The notes: generated by a model from the sequence alone, not told the origin. A stretch of 64,000 bases of DNA from Peptococcaceae bacterium UBA6096 (GCA_002435905.1 DIWW01000002.1:26141-90140); one strand, 5' to 3'; positions 1-10,677 are shown, counted from the stretch's first letter. A program made the numbers and translations.

Positions 1-8
1 CAAGCCCG

Positions 9-1424
9 TTGCTTGGCCAGCGGCAGATGGAAACGGCTTTCGAAACCTTTCGGCGCATGTATCCGGACTACGACTCAACCCGAAAACTGGATGAACTGCG
101 CGCCACTGAATATGCCCGTCTGGACCGGGGGAAGCATGTGTATCTGGATTATACCAGCGCCAGCCTTTATGCCCAGTCACAGCTGCAGAACCATATGGCG
201 CTGCTCAGTGAGGAGGTTCTCGGAAATCCCGCCTCCAAAAATATCACGTCGCTGAAGATGAGCCAGATGATCGAGCATGTGCGTGAACACATACTTCAAT
301 ACTTCAATGCTTCATCAGATGAGTATATGGTGATTTTCACGCAGAATGCAACCGCCGCACTCAAACTGATCGGCGAATCCTATCCATTTAAACCCGGGGC
401 CACCTTTCTTTTGACCTGTGACAACCACAACTCGGTCAACGGCATCCGGGAATATGCCTATGATCAAGGGGCAGCCGTTGACTACGTCCCGATTCTGCCT
501 CCGCATCTTTATGCGGACGAGGACTATTTAACCAAGGCGCTGCAGTCAGCCAAAACAGGTGAAAATCATCTGTTTGCCTATCCGGCCCAATCGAATTTCT
601 CGGGGGTGCAATATCCTCTGAACTGGATCGATGAAGCCCAGGAGAAGGGATGGGATGTGCTGCTGGATGCCGCCGCTTATGTACCAACGAATCGATTGGA
701 TCTGGGACGCTGGCATCCTGATTTCGTTACGGTTTCATTTTACAAAATCTTTGGGTACCCCACTGGCATCGGCTGTCTGCTCATGCGCAAATCAGCGGCA
801 AAAAAACTGAGACGTCCTTGGTTTGCGGCCGGAACAACCGTCTTTTCCTCGGTGGCCGCCTCGGATCATTATCAGAAACCCGGCCCGGCCGGCTATGAGG
901 ATGGTACGGTCAATTACTTAAGCTTTCCTGCGGTTGAATTTGGCCTGAAATGGATCGAATCCATTGGCATCGATATGATCCACACCCGGGTCATGTGTCT
1001 GACAGACTGGCTGATCGATCAGCTTTTACTGCTCTATCACAGAAACGGCCAGCCGTTGATCCGTTTGTATGGTCCGCCGGACGCCCAACGGCGCGGCGCC
1101 AACATCCAGGTTAATTTCTTTAGTTCCGCCGGCATGATGATCGATTGTTATATCATGGAAAAGCTTGCCAATGAGGAGCGGATATCCTTGCAGGCAGGCT
1201 GCCAATGCAATCCCGGCGCACGGGAAGCAGCCCTGGGTGTCAAAGGGGAGGATTTGACTGCCTGCTTCCAGGACAAAGCGTCAAAAACCTACGATCAGTT
1301 CATGAATGGCCTGGATGGGAAAATGACCGGCGCTGTTCGTGCTTCCTTGGGCTTGGCATCGAACTTTTCCGATGTCTACCGATACGTTCAATTTGCCAGG
1401 TCCTTTATTGATTTCAAGTCCTAA
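9..1424 (+). CDS. Class-V aminotransferase / NifS-like protein resembling the N-terminal domain of molybdenum cofactor sulfurase (MOCOS/ABA3)
   Basis: 471-aa ORF. SFYKIFGYPTGIGCLL (PLP-lysine region) and QAGCQCNPGA (Cys loop) fit the MOCOS NifS-like domain pattern. ATG at 27 is an alternative start. The ORF begins 8 nt from the window edge, so the 5' end is uncertain. Confidence 0.7.
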   Translation: MLGQRQMETAFETFRRMYPDYDSTRKLDELRATEYARLDRGKHVYLDYTSASLYAQSQLQNHMALLSEEVLGNPASKNITSLKMSQMIEHVREHILQYFNASSDEYMVIFTQNATAALKLIGESYPFKPGATFLLTCDNHNSVNGIREYAYDQGAAVDYVPILPPHLYADEDYLTKALQSAKTGENHLFAYPAQSNFSGVQYPLNWIDEAQEKGWDVLLDAAAYVPTNRLDLGRWHPDFVTVSFYKIFGYPTGIGCLLMRKSAAKKLRRPWFAAGTTVFSSVAASDHYQKPGPAGYEDGTVNYLSFPAVEFGLKWIESIGIDMIHTRVMCLTDWLIDQLLLLYHRNGQPLIRLYGPPDAQRRGANIQVNFFSSAGMMIDCYIMEKLANEERISLQAGCQCNPGAREAALGVKGEDLTACFQDKASKTYDQFMNGLDGKMTGAVRASLGLASNFSDVYRYVQFARSFIDFKS

Positions 1425-1442
1425 GGCACCTGAAAAGACATG

Positions 1443-1473
1443 AAAAAACCACCTTGAAAGAGGTGGTTTTCTT
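1443..1473. terminator. Bidirectional rho-independent terminator between convergent genes
   Basis: AAAAAACCACCTT-GAAA-AGAGGTGGTTTTCTT: A-tract, GC-rich stem and T-tract. Confidence 0.7.
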
Positions 1474-1507
1474 ATGGCCAAAGCCCGGGAGAGACAGCCT
1501 GTTGTTT

Positions 1508-3319
1508 TCAGTTTGTTTCAAACTGAGAATGGTAAAGGTCATAATATGTTCCGCCACGGCCCATGAGTTCCCCATGAGTGCCTTCTTCAACGATTCTGCC
1601 CTCTGAAACCACCAAAATGCGGTCAGCGTTTTGAATGGTGGACAGGCGGTGGGCGATGATGAAGCAGGTGCGCCCGGACATCAGATGGAGCATGGCGCTT
1701 TGGATCTGCCGTTCAGTCTGGGTGTCCACGTTGGAAGTGGCTTCGTCGAGGATCAAAATATGTGAATCCATCAGAATGGCGCGAGCGATGATCAAAAGCT
1801 GTTTTTGACCCTTGGAAAGATTCACGGCATTGTCGCTGAGCATAGTGTCATAGCCTTCCGGGAGGGATGCGATGTAGGTATGGATCATCGCCATTCGGGC
1901 GGCCCGAACCACATCCTCCCGAGTCACCCCATTTTTGCCGTAAGCGATATTTTCGAAGATGGTTCCGTGGAACAGCCATGCGTCCTGAAGCACCATGGTG
2001 TAGGCCTGACGCAGGCTTTTTCTTGTCATATCCCTGATATCATGGCCATCAATGGTGATGGCGCCGGAATCCACATCGTAAAAGCGCATGAGCAGATGAA
2101 TGATCGTGGTTTTACCGGCGCCGGTGGGGCCTACGATGGCAATGACGGAGCCCCCAGGTGCGTGGAGACTGATATCGCGGATCACCGGTTTGCCGGGTAC
2201 ATAGCCGAACCTGACGGCCTGGAGACGGACATCGCCATGGACCTCTTTCAGTTCCGCCGCTTGGGGCCTGTCGGCTGTTTCCGGTTCCTCATCAAGCAGG
2301 CGGAACACACGCTCTGCAGCAGCAAGGGCGGATTGCAGGTCGCTGATGATGTTGGCAAATTCGTTGATCGGCCCTGAGAATTTCCTTGAATAAAGCACAA
2401 AGGACGATATACTGCCCAAGGAAATGCTGCCGCCCATATAAAGCAACGCGCCGAAAACACTGACCAGCGCCAGTGAAAAATTATTGATGAAGTTCACCGA
2501 AGGCCCTGTGATGCTGGCAAAATGATCGGCCTGGTAGTTGGCCTGGACGGCTTCCTGGTTTTTCGTGTCAAAGCGGCTGAGAAAGAAGGGTTCACGGCTA
2601 TAAGCCTTGATCGTTTTCAAGCCTCCGGTGGCTTCTTCCATAAAACCATTCAGCTCGCCGATCTTTGCAGAGCGGTTCCGGTACAAGGGACGAACTTTTT
2701 CTGAACGGTATTTGGTGAAGGTGACCGATAAAGGGATCGTCACAGCAAACACAAGGATCAATTTGGGTGAGATGGTCAGCATCATGACCAGAGATCCTGC
2801 CACGGTGATGACGCTTGTGAGAACCTGCAGCAAATCATTGGACAAGGATGTGTTCAGGGTATCGATGTCATAGGAAATCACGCTGATGATATCGCCGGTT
2901 TTGCGGTTATCAAAGAAACTGACGGGGAGAGCAGCCAGCTTGCTGAACACATCCCGACGCATGCTGTAGACCACATTGCGGCTCAGACGGATCATTAAAA
3001 CGGACAGGAAATAACTTATAACAAAGGCGGTGAGATAGAAACCGATCATGAGCGAAGCATAGCAATACACAACCGGAAAATCCACGTGCCCGGTTCCCTG
3101 CGCAATGGCATCGATGGCATACCCCGAAAGCTTTGGCCCCGCCAGGGCCAGCAGGTTGCTTGCGATATTCATCATCAGCGCCAGGAGCAGCAGCCATTTG
3201 CTGGCATAGAGGTATTTCCAAAGCCTGCCCAGGATCAAGGAAGCTTTCACCTTTGGTTTTTCGAATCGGCTGCTTGCCAAAGCTGTTCTTTCCGGCATGG
3301 GTGGCAGTTTCTGGTTCAT
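1508..3319 (-). CDS. ABC transporter, fused permease/ATP-binding protein (multidrug-exporter type, heterodimer partner)
   Basis: 603 aa. N-terminal 6-TM domain. Walker A GPTGAGKTT, signature LSKGQKQ, Walker B ILILDEATS. Confidence 0.9.
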   Translation of the reverse strand: MNQKLPPMPERTALASSRFEKPKVKASLILGRLWKYLYASKWLLLLALMMNIASNLLALAGPKLSGYAIDAIAQGTGHVDFPVVYCYASLMIGFYLTAFVISYFLSVLMIRLSRNVVYSMRRDVFSKLAALPVSFFDNRKTGDIISVISYDIDTLNTSLSNDLLQVLTSVITVAGSLVMMLTISPKLILVFAVTIPLSVTFTKYRSEKVRPLYRNRSAKIGELNGFMEEATGGLKTIKAYSREPFFLSRFDTKNQEAVQANYQADHFASITGPSVNFINNFSLALVSVFGALLYMGGSISLGSISSFVLYSRKFSGPINEFANIISDLQSALAAAERVFRLLDEEPETADRPQAAELKEVHGDVRLQAVRFGYVPGKPVIRDISLHAPGGSVIAIVGPTGAGKTTIIHLLMRFYDVDSGAITIDGHDIRDMTRKSLRQAYTMVLQDAWLFHGTIFENIAYGKNGVTREDVVRAARMAMIHTYIASLPEGYDTMLSDNAVNLSKGQKQLLIIARAILMDSHILILDEATSNVDTQTERQIQSAMLHLMSGRTCFIIAHRLSTIQNADRILVVSEGRIVEEGTHGELMGRGGTYYDLYHSQFETN

Positions 3320-5026
3320 TTACATCACCACCCCCATCTGTGCTTCATAGATCTCACGGTAGCTTCCGCAAGTGCTCAATAGCTCTGCATGGGATCCATA
3401 GCCGATGATGCGACCCTCATCCAGCACCATGATTTTATCGGCGGCCATGATCGAACTGATGCGCTGGGCAACGACGATGGTGGTGGTGTCTTTGAATCCC
3501 TTAGCCAAGGCGTGCCGCAGCTCGGCATCGGTTTTATAGTCCAAGGCGCTGGAACAGTCGTCGAGCATGAGAATCTCCGGATTGGCCGCAAGCGCTCGGG
3601 CGATGAGAAGCCGTTGTTTTTGCCCACCGCTGAGATTGGCGCCTTTGATCGTCAACAAAGAAGAAAAACCCTCGCTTTTTTCAGAGACAAAATCCATCTG
3701 GGCTGTCCCTGCGGCCATCTCGATTTGCGCATCAGTCAGCCGGCGCCCAAAATCGATGTTTGCGCGAATCGTATCAGCAAATAAGAAATCATTCTGGAAG
3801 ACCACGCCAAATTTTGTGTGAAGCACCTCCGGTGGGATCCCACCGATATTTTCGCCGGACAGTCTGATCTCACCGGAGTCAGCGTCGTAAAAACGAAGCA
3901 GGAGATTGAGAAGGGTGGATTTGCCGCTGCCGGTGGGGCCGATGATCCCCAAAGTCTCACCGCGCTTTAGACCGAATCGGATGTTGGTAAGATTATTCCT
4001 TACCTTGTTATAGGAGAAGCAGACATCCTTGAATTCAATGTGGTATGGGCCAGGCACAGGGTCGCGCATGCCAATTTTCATCGTCTCGGACATTTCCAGA
4101 ACCTCGGCAATGCGCTTGGCGCTGGCGGAGCCCTTTGAATAGATGACAAACAGACGGGGAACGCGCATGAGGGCGGTGATGATGATGGTGATATAGCTTA
4201 AGAAAGCAACGATCCTTCCCGGCTGGGTCAAACCGGCGTTGACACGGAAGGCGCCAAGGACGATAACGAGGGCGAGGCCGAGGTTTAGGATCAAATTCAT
4301 GCCGGGATTGGTGACGGCCATGGTGATGCCCGCTCGCTGCTCCTTTTGGATCAGATCCCGATTGGACTGATCAAACTTGGCGATTTCGTAATCACCCTTG
4401 GAAAGCGCTTTGATCACCCGCACACCGTGGATGTTTTCCTGCACAGTTCGTATCAGCCGGTCAAGGGCGGTCTGGGCTTCCGTGTACATCGGGACCCCGA
4501 TTCGGGTGGTATACCAAATGACAAGGCCCAGAAAGGGCAAAGCAGCGATGAGGATCAGGGTAAGGACCGGCTCAAGCAGGGCGGTGATGACCAGGCCGCC
4601 CAGAAGCAGGATCGGCGCCCGGATCAAAAGCCTTTGCATATTATCAAGCAGCTGATGGACGTTGTATGTGTCGGTGGTCAGGCGTGAGATCAGAGAAGGA
4701 ATCGTTAACCGGTCTGTCTGGCTGCTGGACAGCTGCAAAGCTTTTTCAAAAAGGTCATGGCGCAGCTGAATGATCACGTTGCGGGATGTCCGGATGGCCA
4801 TGCGATTGGCGACTACATTGGCGATCAGGGCCAGCAAGGCGCACAAAATCATGGCGCCTCCCCATCGATACACACTGTTCATGTTTCCGGAAGGCACTGC
4901 GTCATCTAAAATGGTTGAGAGGATCCATGGAAGAAACAACTCGATGATGGTGCCTCCGAATTTTACAAGGAATTGCAGGCTCATCACAGGAAGATGGGGC
5001 CGGATATAACTTAGAAACTTTTTCAT
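3320..5026 (-). CDS. ABC transporter, fused permease/ATP-binding protein (heterodimer partner)
   Basis: 568 aa. Walker A GPTGSGKST, signature LSGGQKQR, Walker B MLDDCSSALD. Its stop directly abuts the start of the downstream ABC gene, consistent with translational coupling. Confidence 0.9.
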   Translation of the reverse strand: MKKFLSYIRPHLPVMSLQFLVKFGGTIIELFLPWILSTILDDAVPSGNMNSVYRWGGAMILCALLALIANVVANRMAIRTSRNVIIQLRHDLFEKALQLSSSQTDRLTIPSLISRLTTDTYNVHQLLDNMQRLLIRAPILLLGGLVITALLEPVLTLILIAALPFLGLVIWYTTRIGVPMYTEAQTALDRLIRTVQENIHGVRVIKALSKGDYEIAKFDQSNRDLIQKEQRAGITMAVTNPGMNLILNLGLALVIVLGAFRVNAGLTQPGRIVAFLSYITIIITALMRVPRLFVIYSKGSASAKRIAEVLEMSETMKIGMRDPVPGPYHIEFKDVCFSYNKVRNNLTNIRFGLKRGETLGIIGPTGSGKSTLLNLLLRFYDADSGEIRLSGENIGGIPPEVLHTKFGVVFQNDFLFADTIRANIDFGRRLTDAQIEMAAGTAQMDFVSEKSEGFSSLLTIKGANLSGGQKQRLLIARALAANPEILMLDDCSSALDYKTDAELRHALAKGFKDTTTIVVAQRISSIMAADKIMVLDEGRIIGYGSHAELLSTCGSYREIYEAQMGVVM

Positions 5027-5239
5027 GGCCGATCAACCACCCTTCGCGATCCATCCACGATTTTATTATATCATTTTTAACCATTTATAGAAGAATCATA
5101 ACCCCATCGACAGCATCAGAATCTTGGCCAAACAGCCGAGCTGCAAGATGTTTCGGAAAAGAAAGAAAAATCATGTCCAAATAAATAGAGACATGATACA
5201 ATATTATCAGAATATTCAATGTGAAAGGGGATACAAACC

Positions 5240-5569
5240 ATGTTATGGAAATGTTCTGTCTGCGGCTACCTTCATGAAGGAAACGAAGCCCCTGATTTTT
5301 GTCCCAAATGCGGTTCCCCAAAAGAAAAATTTAGTGCATTATCCGAAGAGGATGCAAAAAAAGTTTATACCTCAGACCGTACCAACGATATCCATATGGC
5401 TATCATTGGTTATGCTATGGAAATTTTTGAATTGGCCCAGGAAGGCATTGAGATCAATCTGGATCCTAACTGCGTTGATGTATTCAAAAAAGCCTGCAAT
5501 GAAGCCTGGGTCATCAAACAAAGAAGCAAGGCTGAGCTAGCGGGCCATATGAGCAAAGGCAAATGGTAA
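5240..5569 (+). CDS. Rubredoxin-like zinc-ribbon domain protein
   Basis: 109 aa. N-terminal CSVCGY...CPKCG knuckle pair. RBS AAAGGGGA lies upstream. Confidence 0.6.
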   Translation: MLWKCSVCGYLHEGNEAPDFCPKCGSPKEKFSALSEEDAKKVYTSDRTNDIHMAIIGYAMEIFELAQEGIEINLDPNCVDVFKKACNEAWVIKQRSKAELAGHMSKGKW

Positions 5570-5571
5570 GA

Positions 5572-5606
5572 TCAAAAGAGAGCCCGGCCAACGGGTTCTC
5601 TTTTCA
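5572..5606 (+). terminator. Rho-independent terminator
   Basis: AAAAGAGAGCCCGG-CCAA-CGGGTTCTCTTTT immediately after the stop codon. Confidence 0.7.
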
Positions 5607-5695
5607 TATGCGCCTTGCAGCGCACGGCTAGAATCAATGATTTTGTCAGCTTATAGACCGAAGCAGTATTTTTATCGAGAATGGAGGCTATCAGG

Positions 5696-6541
5696 ATGGA
5701 GGATTTGCGCAGAGTGCTTAAAATCATCACCGGAAAACCGACGGTGGACGGCGCCGGCGTTCATTTGGTGAGGGTGATCGGATATCATGACACCAAGGAT
5801 TTTGATCCTTTCCTCATGCTGGATGCCTTTGACTCCACCTATCCCGATGATTATACCAAGGGCTTTCCCTGGCATCCACACCGGGGTATCGAAACCATCA
5901 CCTATCTCGTTCAGGGCCATATTGAGCATGGGGATAGTCTGGGCAATCATGGGAATATCACCGATGGCGATTGTCAATGGATGACGGCAGGTTCAGGGAT
6001 CATTCATCAGGAGATGCCGCAGTCAAGCGACAGGATGCTGGGGGTCCAGCTTTGGCTGAATCTGCCGGCAAAGGATAAAATGACGGCGCCGAAGTACGGG
6101 GATATCCGAAAGGAGGATATTCCAGTGATCCGCGAAAACGGCAGTACGATCCGCATCATTGCAGGAGACTACAAGGGAACAAAGGGCGCTTTTGAAGGAA
6201 ACTATGTCAAAGCGACCTATCTGGATGTGGAGATCGTTCCAGGAAATGAATGGTCTTGCCCATGCGACCAGGATGCGACCCTGTTCGTTTATATTCTCTC
6301 GGGGGAGGGCAGCTTTGACCCGTCGGGGATCGAAATCATTTCCGAGAAGCATGCTGTATTGTTGGATGGGGGGAACTTGTTCCGGGTGAAGGCAGGACCC
6401 CAGGGCATCCGATTGATCCTGTTGTCCGCTCAGCCTCTTCGGGAGCCGATTGCCTGGGGCGGGCCCATCGTTATGAATACGAAGGAAGAACTGGATTTGG
6501 CCTTCAGAGAGCTGGATGCCGACAGCTTTATTAAAAAATAA
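5696..6541 (+). CDS. Pirin family protein (cupin, quercetinase-like)
   Basis: PWHPHRGIETITYLVQGHIEHGDSLGN metal-binding His/Glu pattern typical of pirins. ATG 5696 has a GGAGG 8 nt upstream. The ORF-track start at 5681 lies inside that RBS. Confidence 0.85.
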   Translation: MEDLRRVLKIITGKPTVDGAGVHLVRVIGYHDTKDFDPFLMLDAFDSTYPDDYTKGFPWHPHRGIETITYLVQGHIEHGDSLGNHGNITDGDCQWMTAGSGIIHQEMPQSSDRMLGVQLWLNLPAKDKMTAPKYGDIRKEDIPVIRENGSTIRIIAGDYKGTKGAFEGNYVKATYLDVEIVPGNEWSCPCDQDATLFVYILSGEGSFDPSGIEIISEKHAVLLDGGNLFRVKAGPQGIRLILLSAQPLREPIAWGGPIVMNTKEELDLAFRELDADSFIKK

Positions 6542-6651
6542 TTTGGTTCCATGATATTTTCCATCAAGACATCCTTGAAAACCGCAAAATCAAGGACGAG
6601 TGTGTTGCTTATTAACAGAATATTGCGTACACTCAAAGAGAGGTGATGGCA

Positions 6652-7545
6652 ATGCGGACCAATCATCGATTGATGGAAGCCTACAAAAACGCCAGGGTCG
6701 AATCGATCGATCAGAATTCAAAATATATCTTTTTCAGCGACTGTCATCGGGGGGATGGCAGCCCTTCCGATGAGTTCACCAAAAACCAGATCATTTATCT
6801 CTATGCCCTTGAATACTATTACAAGAATGGATTCGTTTATGTGGAAGCCGGGGACGGGGACGAGCTATGGGAACACAAGCGATTCAAAGACATTAAAATC
6901 GCGCACCATGATGTCTTTGAAGCTTTTAAGAAATTTAACAGCGAGAACCGGCTGATCATGCTTTACGGGAACCACAATATTTATTTAAAGGATGAAAACT
7001 ATGTCAAAAAAAATCTTCATGAGTTTTATGACGATTACAAAGCGTCCTGCGATGAATTTCTGAAAGGGATCCAGCCCTGCGGGGCCCTGCTGCTAAAAAA
7101 CCAGGAAACAGGCCTTGAGTTTCTGACCGTTCATGGCCATCAAGGGGATTTTACCAATGACCAGTTATGGTTTTTCACCATGCTCTCAGTGAAATATTTT
7201 TGGCGCTTTATGCACTCCTTCGGATTAAAGAATCCTGCAAGTCCGGTGAAAAATGCCTATAAACGACATAAAATCGAGAAAAACTATGTTCAATGGATCA
7301 AGCGGCATCGGACCGCGCTGATTTGCGGCCATACCCATCGGTTTAAGTTCCCGAGACCTCATGAACTTCCGTATTTCAATATCGGCAGCTGCATCTATCC
7401 CTCCAGCATCACCGGCATTGAGATCAGCGACGGCATGATCCAATCGGTCCGGTGGCGGACCCGGTGCAATGACGAAGGAATCTTACAAGTCACCAAGAGA
7501 GTCATCAGGGGCCCTGAACCCCTTGAAAAATTCAATATCCGTTAA
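6652..7545 (+). CDS. Metallophosphoesterase (calcineurin-like)
   Basis: Motifs SDCHRGDG, GDGDELW, GNHN and GHTHR. Start chosen for spacing to AGAGAGG; 6643 and 6646 are alternatives. Confidence 0.8.
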   Translation: MRTNHRLMEAYKNARVESIDQNSKYIFFSDCHRGDGSPSDEFTKNQIIYLYALEYYYKNGFVYVEAGDGDELWEHKRFKDIKIAHHDVFEAFKKFNSENRLIMLYGNHNIYLKDENYVKKNLHEFYDDYKASCDEFLKGIQPCGALLLKNQETGLEFLTVHGHQGDFTNDQLWFFTMLSVKYFWRFMHSFGLKNPASPVKNAYKRHKIEKNYVQWIKRHRTALICGHTHRFKFPRPHELPYFNIGSCIYPSSITGIEISDGMIQSVRWRTRCNDEGILQVTKRVIRGPEPLEKFNIR

Positions 7546-7619
7546 AGGGTCCATGAGCATCGAAGCATTCCATAGAGAAGGACATATTGGTCGGGTGGTA
7601 TCGGACATAAAAATAAAAC

Positions 7620-7653
7620 AACTCCGCTTCGGCCCATAGGCCGAAGCGGAGTT
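7620..7653. terminator. Bidirectional terminator between convergent genes
   Basis: AACTCCGCTTCGGCC-CATA-GGCCGAAGCGGAGTT, a perfect 15-bp stem. Confidence 0.75.
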
Positions 7654-7689
7654 GCGGACAGAAGAGAGGCTAAAATAATGGGATAAATA

Positions 7690-7989
7690 CTATGAGAGCA
7701 TGTCCTTGATTTCTTTGATGATCGAATAACCTTTTTCGATGACTGAGTCTTCTTCAATATGACGGATGGCGGCAGACCTCAGGACTGCGGTCGATGGATC
7801 ACTGTTTGCTGTTTGGAGCAAAATGAAGCCATCGTTCTTCAACAGAGAGAGGGCGTTGCCGATGTGCGCAAAATCGTGATTCAGGAAGAGAGATTTAAGT
7901 TCCTCGACCTTAAAGCATTCCCGATCCTTTGCTTTGTTCTCGGCAACCATGTACTTCAGGAGTTTTTCTGCAAGCTTGATACGTTCCAT
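7690..7989 (-). CDS. Hypothetical small protein
   Basis: 99-aa ORF with no recognisable motif. It is the only long ORF in this interval and is followed by the terminator above. Confidence 0.45.
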   Translation of the reverse strand: MERIKLAEKLLKYMVAENKAKDRECFKVEELKSLFLNHDFAHIGNALSLLKNDGFILLQTANSDPSTAVLRSAAIRHIEEDSVIEKGYSIIKEIKDMLS

Positions 7990-8270
7990 AATCTGCGCCT
8001 CCTATCGAGTAAAAGATTTTTTTATTATACGGGGCGGAACAGACAAGTGTCAAGACACAAGGGCTATGAAAAGCCCATCGCAGGCAATTATACAAGTAGC
8101 GAAAATTCAGAAGATTAAAAAAATTACAAGGAAAATTAGGATCCATGTTGAATATAAATACAAATATGGATAGAAATATAAATCAACTAAAATCGATGAA
8201 TGCGAAGAATCAGCCATCGAGTTCAAGGGTTGTTTTAACATAAACTGCAATGCGAAAAGGAGGAATTGGG

Positions 8271-10448
8271 ATGAAGAACAAACTGGTATCCATTCTGCTG
8301 ATCCTAACCCTGGTGTTTTTGTACCCTGGCACCGCTTTTGCACTGATTACCACCGACGAGATCGTGGTGCTTTATACCAACGATGTGCATTGTGCCGTGG
8401 ATGACAACATCGGGTATGCGGGTTTGGCTGCGTACAAAGCGGAGATGGAAGCAATCTACGGCGATGCGGATGTGACGCTGGTGGATTTGGGCGACGCTGT
8501 CCAGGGCGCAGCCATCGGCACTTTATCCAAAGGGGAGCTTATTGTCGATATAATGAACGAGGTCGGCTATGAGGTCATCACCCTTGGTAATCACGAGTTT
8601 GATTACGGCATGGCCCGCGCCCTTGAACTCATGGAACTTCAGGAAGCAGAGGTTGTATCCTGCAACTTCACAGACCTTGTGAAGAATGATTTGGTCTATG
8701 AACCTTACACAATCGTTGATTACGGCAATGCCCAGGTAGCCTATGTAGGGATAACCACTCCGGAAACCTTTACAAAATCAACACCAACTTATTTCCAGGA
8801 TGCCTCCGGCAACTACATCTATGGTTTCTGCGAGGATGCGACCGGAGCGGCTTTGTACGCCGCGGTCCAGAAGGCTGTGAACGCATCCATAGAAGAAGGC
8901 GCTGATTACGTTATTGCCCTGGCACATCTGGGGGATGAAGCTGACAGCGCACCCTGGCGTTCCACGGACGTGATCGCCAACACCACCGGGATTGATGCGG
9001 TTCTTGACGGCCATTCCCATAGCGTCATCGCCAATGAAGTCATAAAAAACAAAGCTGGCGAAGAGGTGGTTTTGACGTCAACAGGCACCAAGCTGACGTC
9101 GATCGGCAAGCTGGTGATCAGCGCCAGCGGTACCATTTCCACGGAATTGATCACGGATTATGCGGAAAAGGATGCTGCGATTTCTACCTTCATCGGAAAC
9201 ATCAAGGCGGACTTTGAAGACATCCTAAAGACCGTGGTGGCTCGGACGAACGTGGCGCTGACTGTGAATGATCCAGTTACCGGCAACCGAATCATTCGAA
9301 CGCTGGAAACGAACCTTGGCGACCTATGCGCGGATGCTTACCGGAGCGAGATGGATACGGACATTGCTTTTGTCAACGGCGGCGGAATCCGGGCCAATAT
9401 TCCAGCCGGCGATATCACTTATGAGCAAATCATTGCAGTCCATCCATTCGGCAACATGGCCACCGTGGTGGAAGCCACAGGCCAGGAGATCCTGGATGCT
9501 CTGGAGATGGGGGCAAGAAGCGCGCCCGGCGAAAACGGCGGATTCTTGCAGGTCTCCGGGATCACTTTCGAGATCGACGCCACCATGAAATCATCGGTGG
9601 TTGTTGATGACAAGAAGAACTTTGTAAAGGTGGACGGCCCTTATCGTGTGAAAAACGTGATGGTTGGCACCGTGCCGCTTGACCTGGCCAAAACCTACAC
9701 GCTGGCATCCCATAACTATATGCTGAAGAGCGGCGGGGATGGCATCAATATGTTTATGGACAACAAGATCCTGCAGGATGAGGTGCTGATCGATAATCAA
9801 GTCCTGATCAACTACATCCTGATGGAACTTGACGGCATTGTGGGTGAAGCCTATTCTGACCCCTATGGTCAAGGCCGTATCACGGTCTTCCGGAATCCCT
9901 TTGCCGATGTGGCTGAATCCAGCTGGTATTATGACGACGTGGTGTATGCTTATAACAAGGGAATATTTGCCGGAATGTCCGGCACAGTCTTTGCGCCGAA
10001 TGCGCCGCTGACCCGCGCCATGTTTGCTGCGGTGCTTTACCGGCAGGCAGGTTCTCCTGCTGTGGACCAGAAAGTATCTGAGCTATTCAAGGATTGTGCC
10101 GATGGCATGTGGTACTCTGATGCGGTGGTATGGGCTTCGAAAAACGGCATCGCCGCAGGAATCACTCAAAACACCTTTGGACCGATGACAGCTTTGACAC
10201 GCCAGGAAATGGCCACTTTCCTCTACCGCTACATTCAAAGCCGAGGCGGTGGATTCATGGGCACTTGGATGTTCCTTCTTGATTACACGGACCGGCCCCA
10301 GATTTCTGATTCTGCCTACGAGGCCGTGGCCTATTGCAGCATGAACAAGCTGCTGGTCGGGATGGATTCCGGACGGTTCGCACCCTTTGAGTCTGCCACC
10401 CGCGCCATGGGTGCTGTGGTCATGAATCGTTTTACAGCCATGGAGTAG
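8271..10448 (+). CDS. Secreted bifunctional 5'-nucleotidase/metallophosphoesterase with C-terminal SLH cell-wall anchoring domains
   Basis: Signal peptide MKNKLVSILLILTLVFLYPGTAFA. Motifs NDVHC, GDAVQG, GNHEFDYG. The C-terminus has three SLH-like repeats (FADV..WYYDDVVYAYNKGIFAGM; FKDC..WYSDAVVWASKNGIAAG; YTDRPQISDSAYEAVAYCSMNKLLVG). RBS AAAGGAGG. Confidence 0.85.
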   Translation: MKNKLVSILLILTLVFLYPGTAFALITTDEIVVLYTNDVHCAVDDNIGYAGLAAYKAEMEAIYGDADVTLVDLGDAVQGAAIGTLSKGELIVDIMNEVGYEVITLGNHEFDYGMARALELMELQEAEVVSCNFTDLVKNDLVYEPYTIVDYGNAQVAYVGITTPETFTKSTPTYFQDASGNYIYGFCEDATGAALYAAVQKAVNASIEEGADYVIALAHLGDEADSAPWRSTDVIANTTGIDAVLDGHSHSVIANEVIKNKAGEEVVLTSTGTKLTSIGKLVISASGTISTELITDYAEKDAAISTFIGNIKADFEDILKTVVARTNVALTVNDPVTGNRIIRTLETNLGDLCADAYRSEMDTDIAFVNGGGIRANIPAGDITYEQIIAVHPFGNMATVVEATGQEILDALEMGARSAPGENGGFLQVSGITFEIDATMKSSVVVDDKKNFVKVDGPYRVKNVMVGTVPLDLAKTYTLASHNYMLKSGGDGINMFMDNKILQDEVLIDNQVLINYILMELDGIVGEAYSDPYGQGRITVFRNPFADVAESSWYYDDVVYAYNKGIFAGMSGTVFAPNAPLTRAMFAAVLYRQAGSPAVDQKVSELFKDCADGMWYSDAVVWASKNGIAAGITQNTFGPMTALTRQEMATFLYRYIQSRGGGFMGTWMFLLDYTDRPQISDSAYEAVAYCSMNKLLVGMDSGRFAPFESATRAMGAVVMNRFTAME

Positions 10449-10499
10449 CCTAGGATTAAATTAATTGCTTTAGGTTTTAGATCATACAGGGATACCAAA

Positions 10500-10535
10500 G
10501 GAAGCCCGCCTTGGTACATAGGCGGGCTTTTTCTT
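10500..10535 (+). terminator. Rho-independent terminator
   Basis: AAGCCCGCCT-loop-AGGCGGGCTT followed by TTTCTT. Confidence 0.75.
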
Positions 10536-10677
10536 GCGGAATTAGACTGCACAAAAAGATGTATTTAAAAGGTGCGCATATGTGGTAGAATATAATCAGA
10601 AAATTCTAACTAAAATACATGCCAGAGGAGGAGGTCATATTCTCCGCGATATTGGATTTATATCCGAGGATGAGAAA

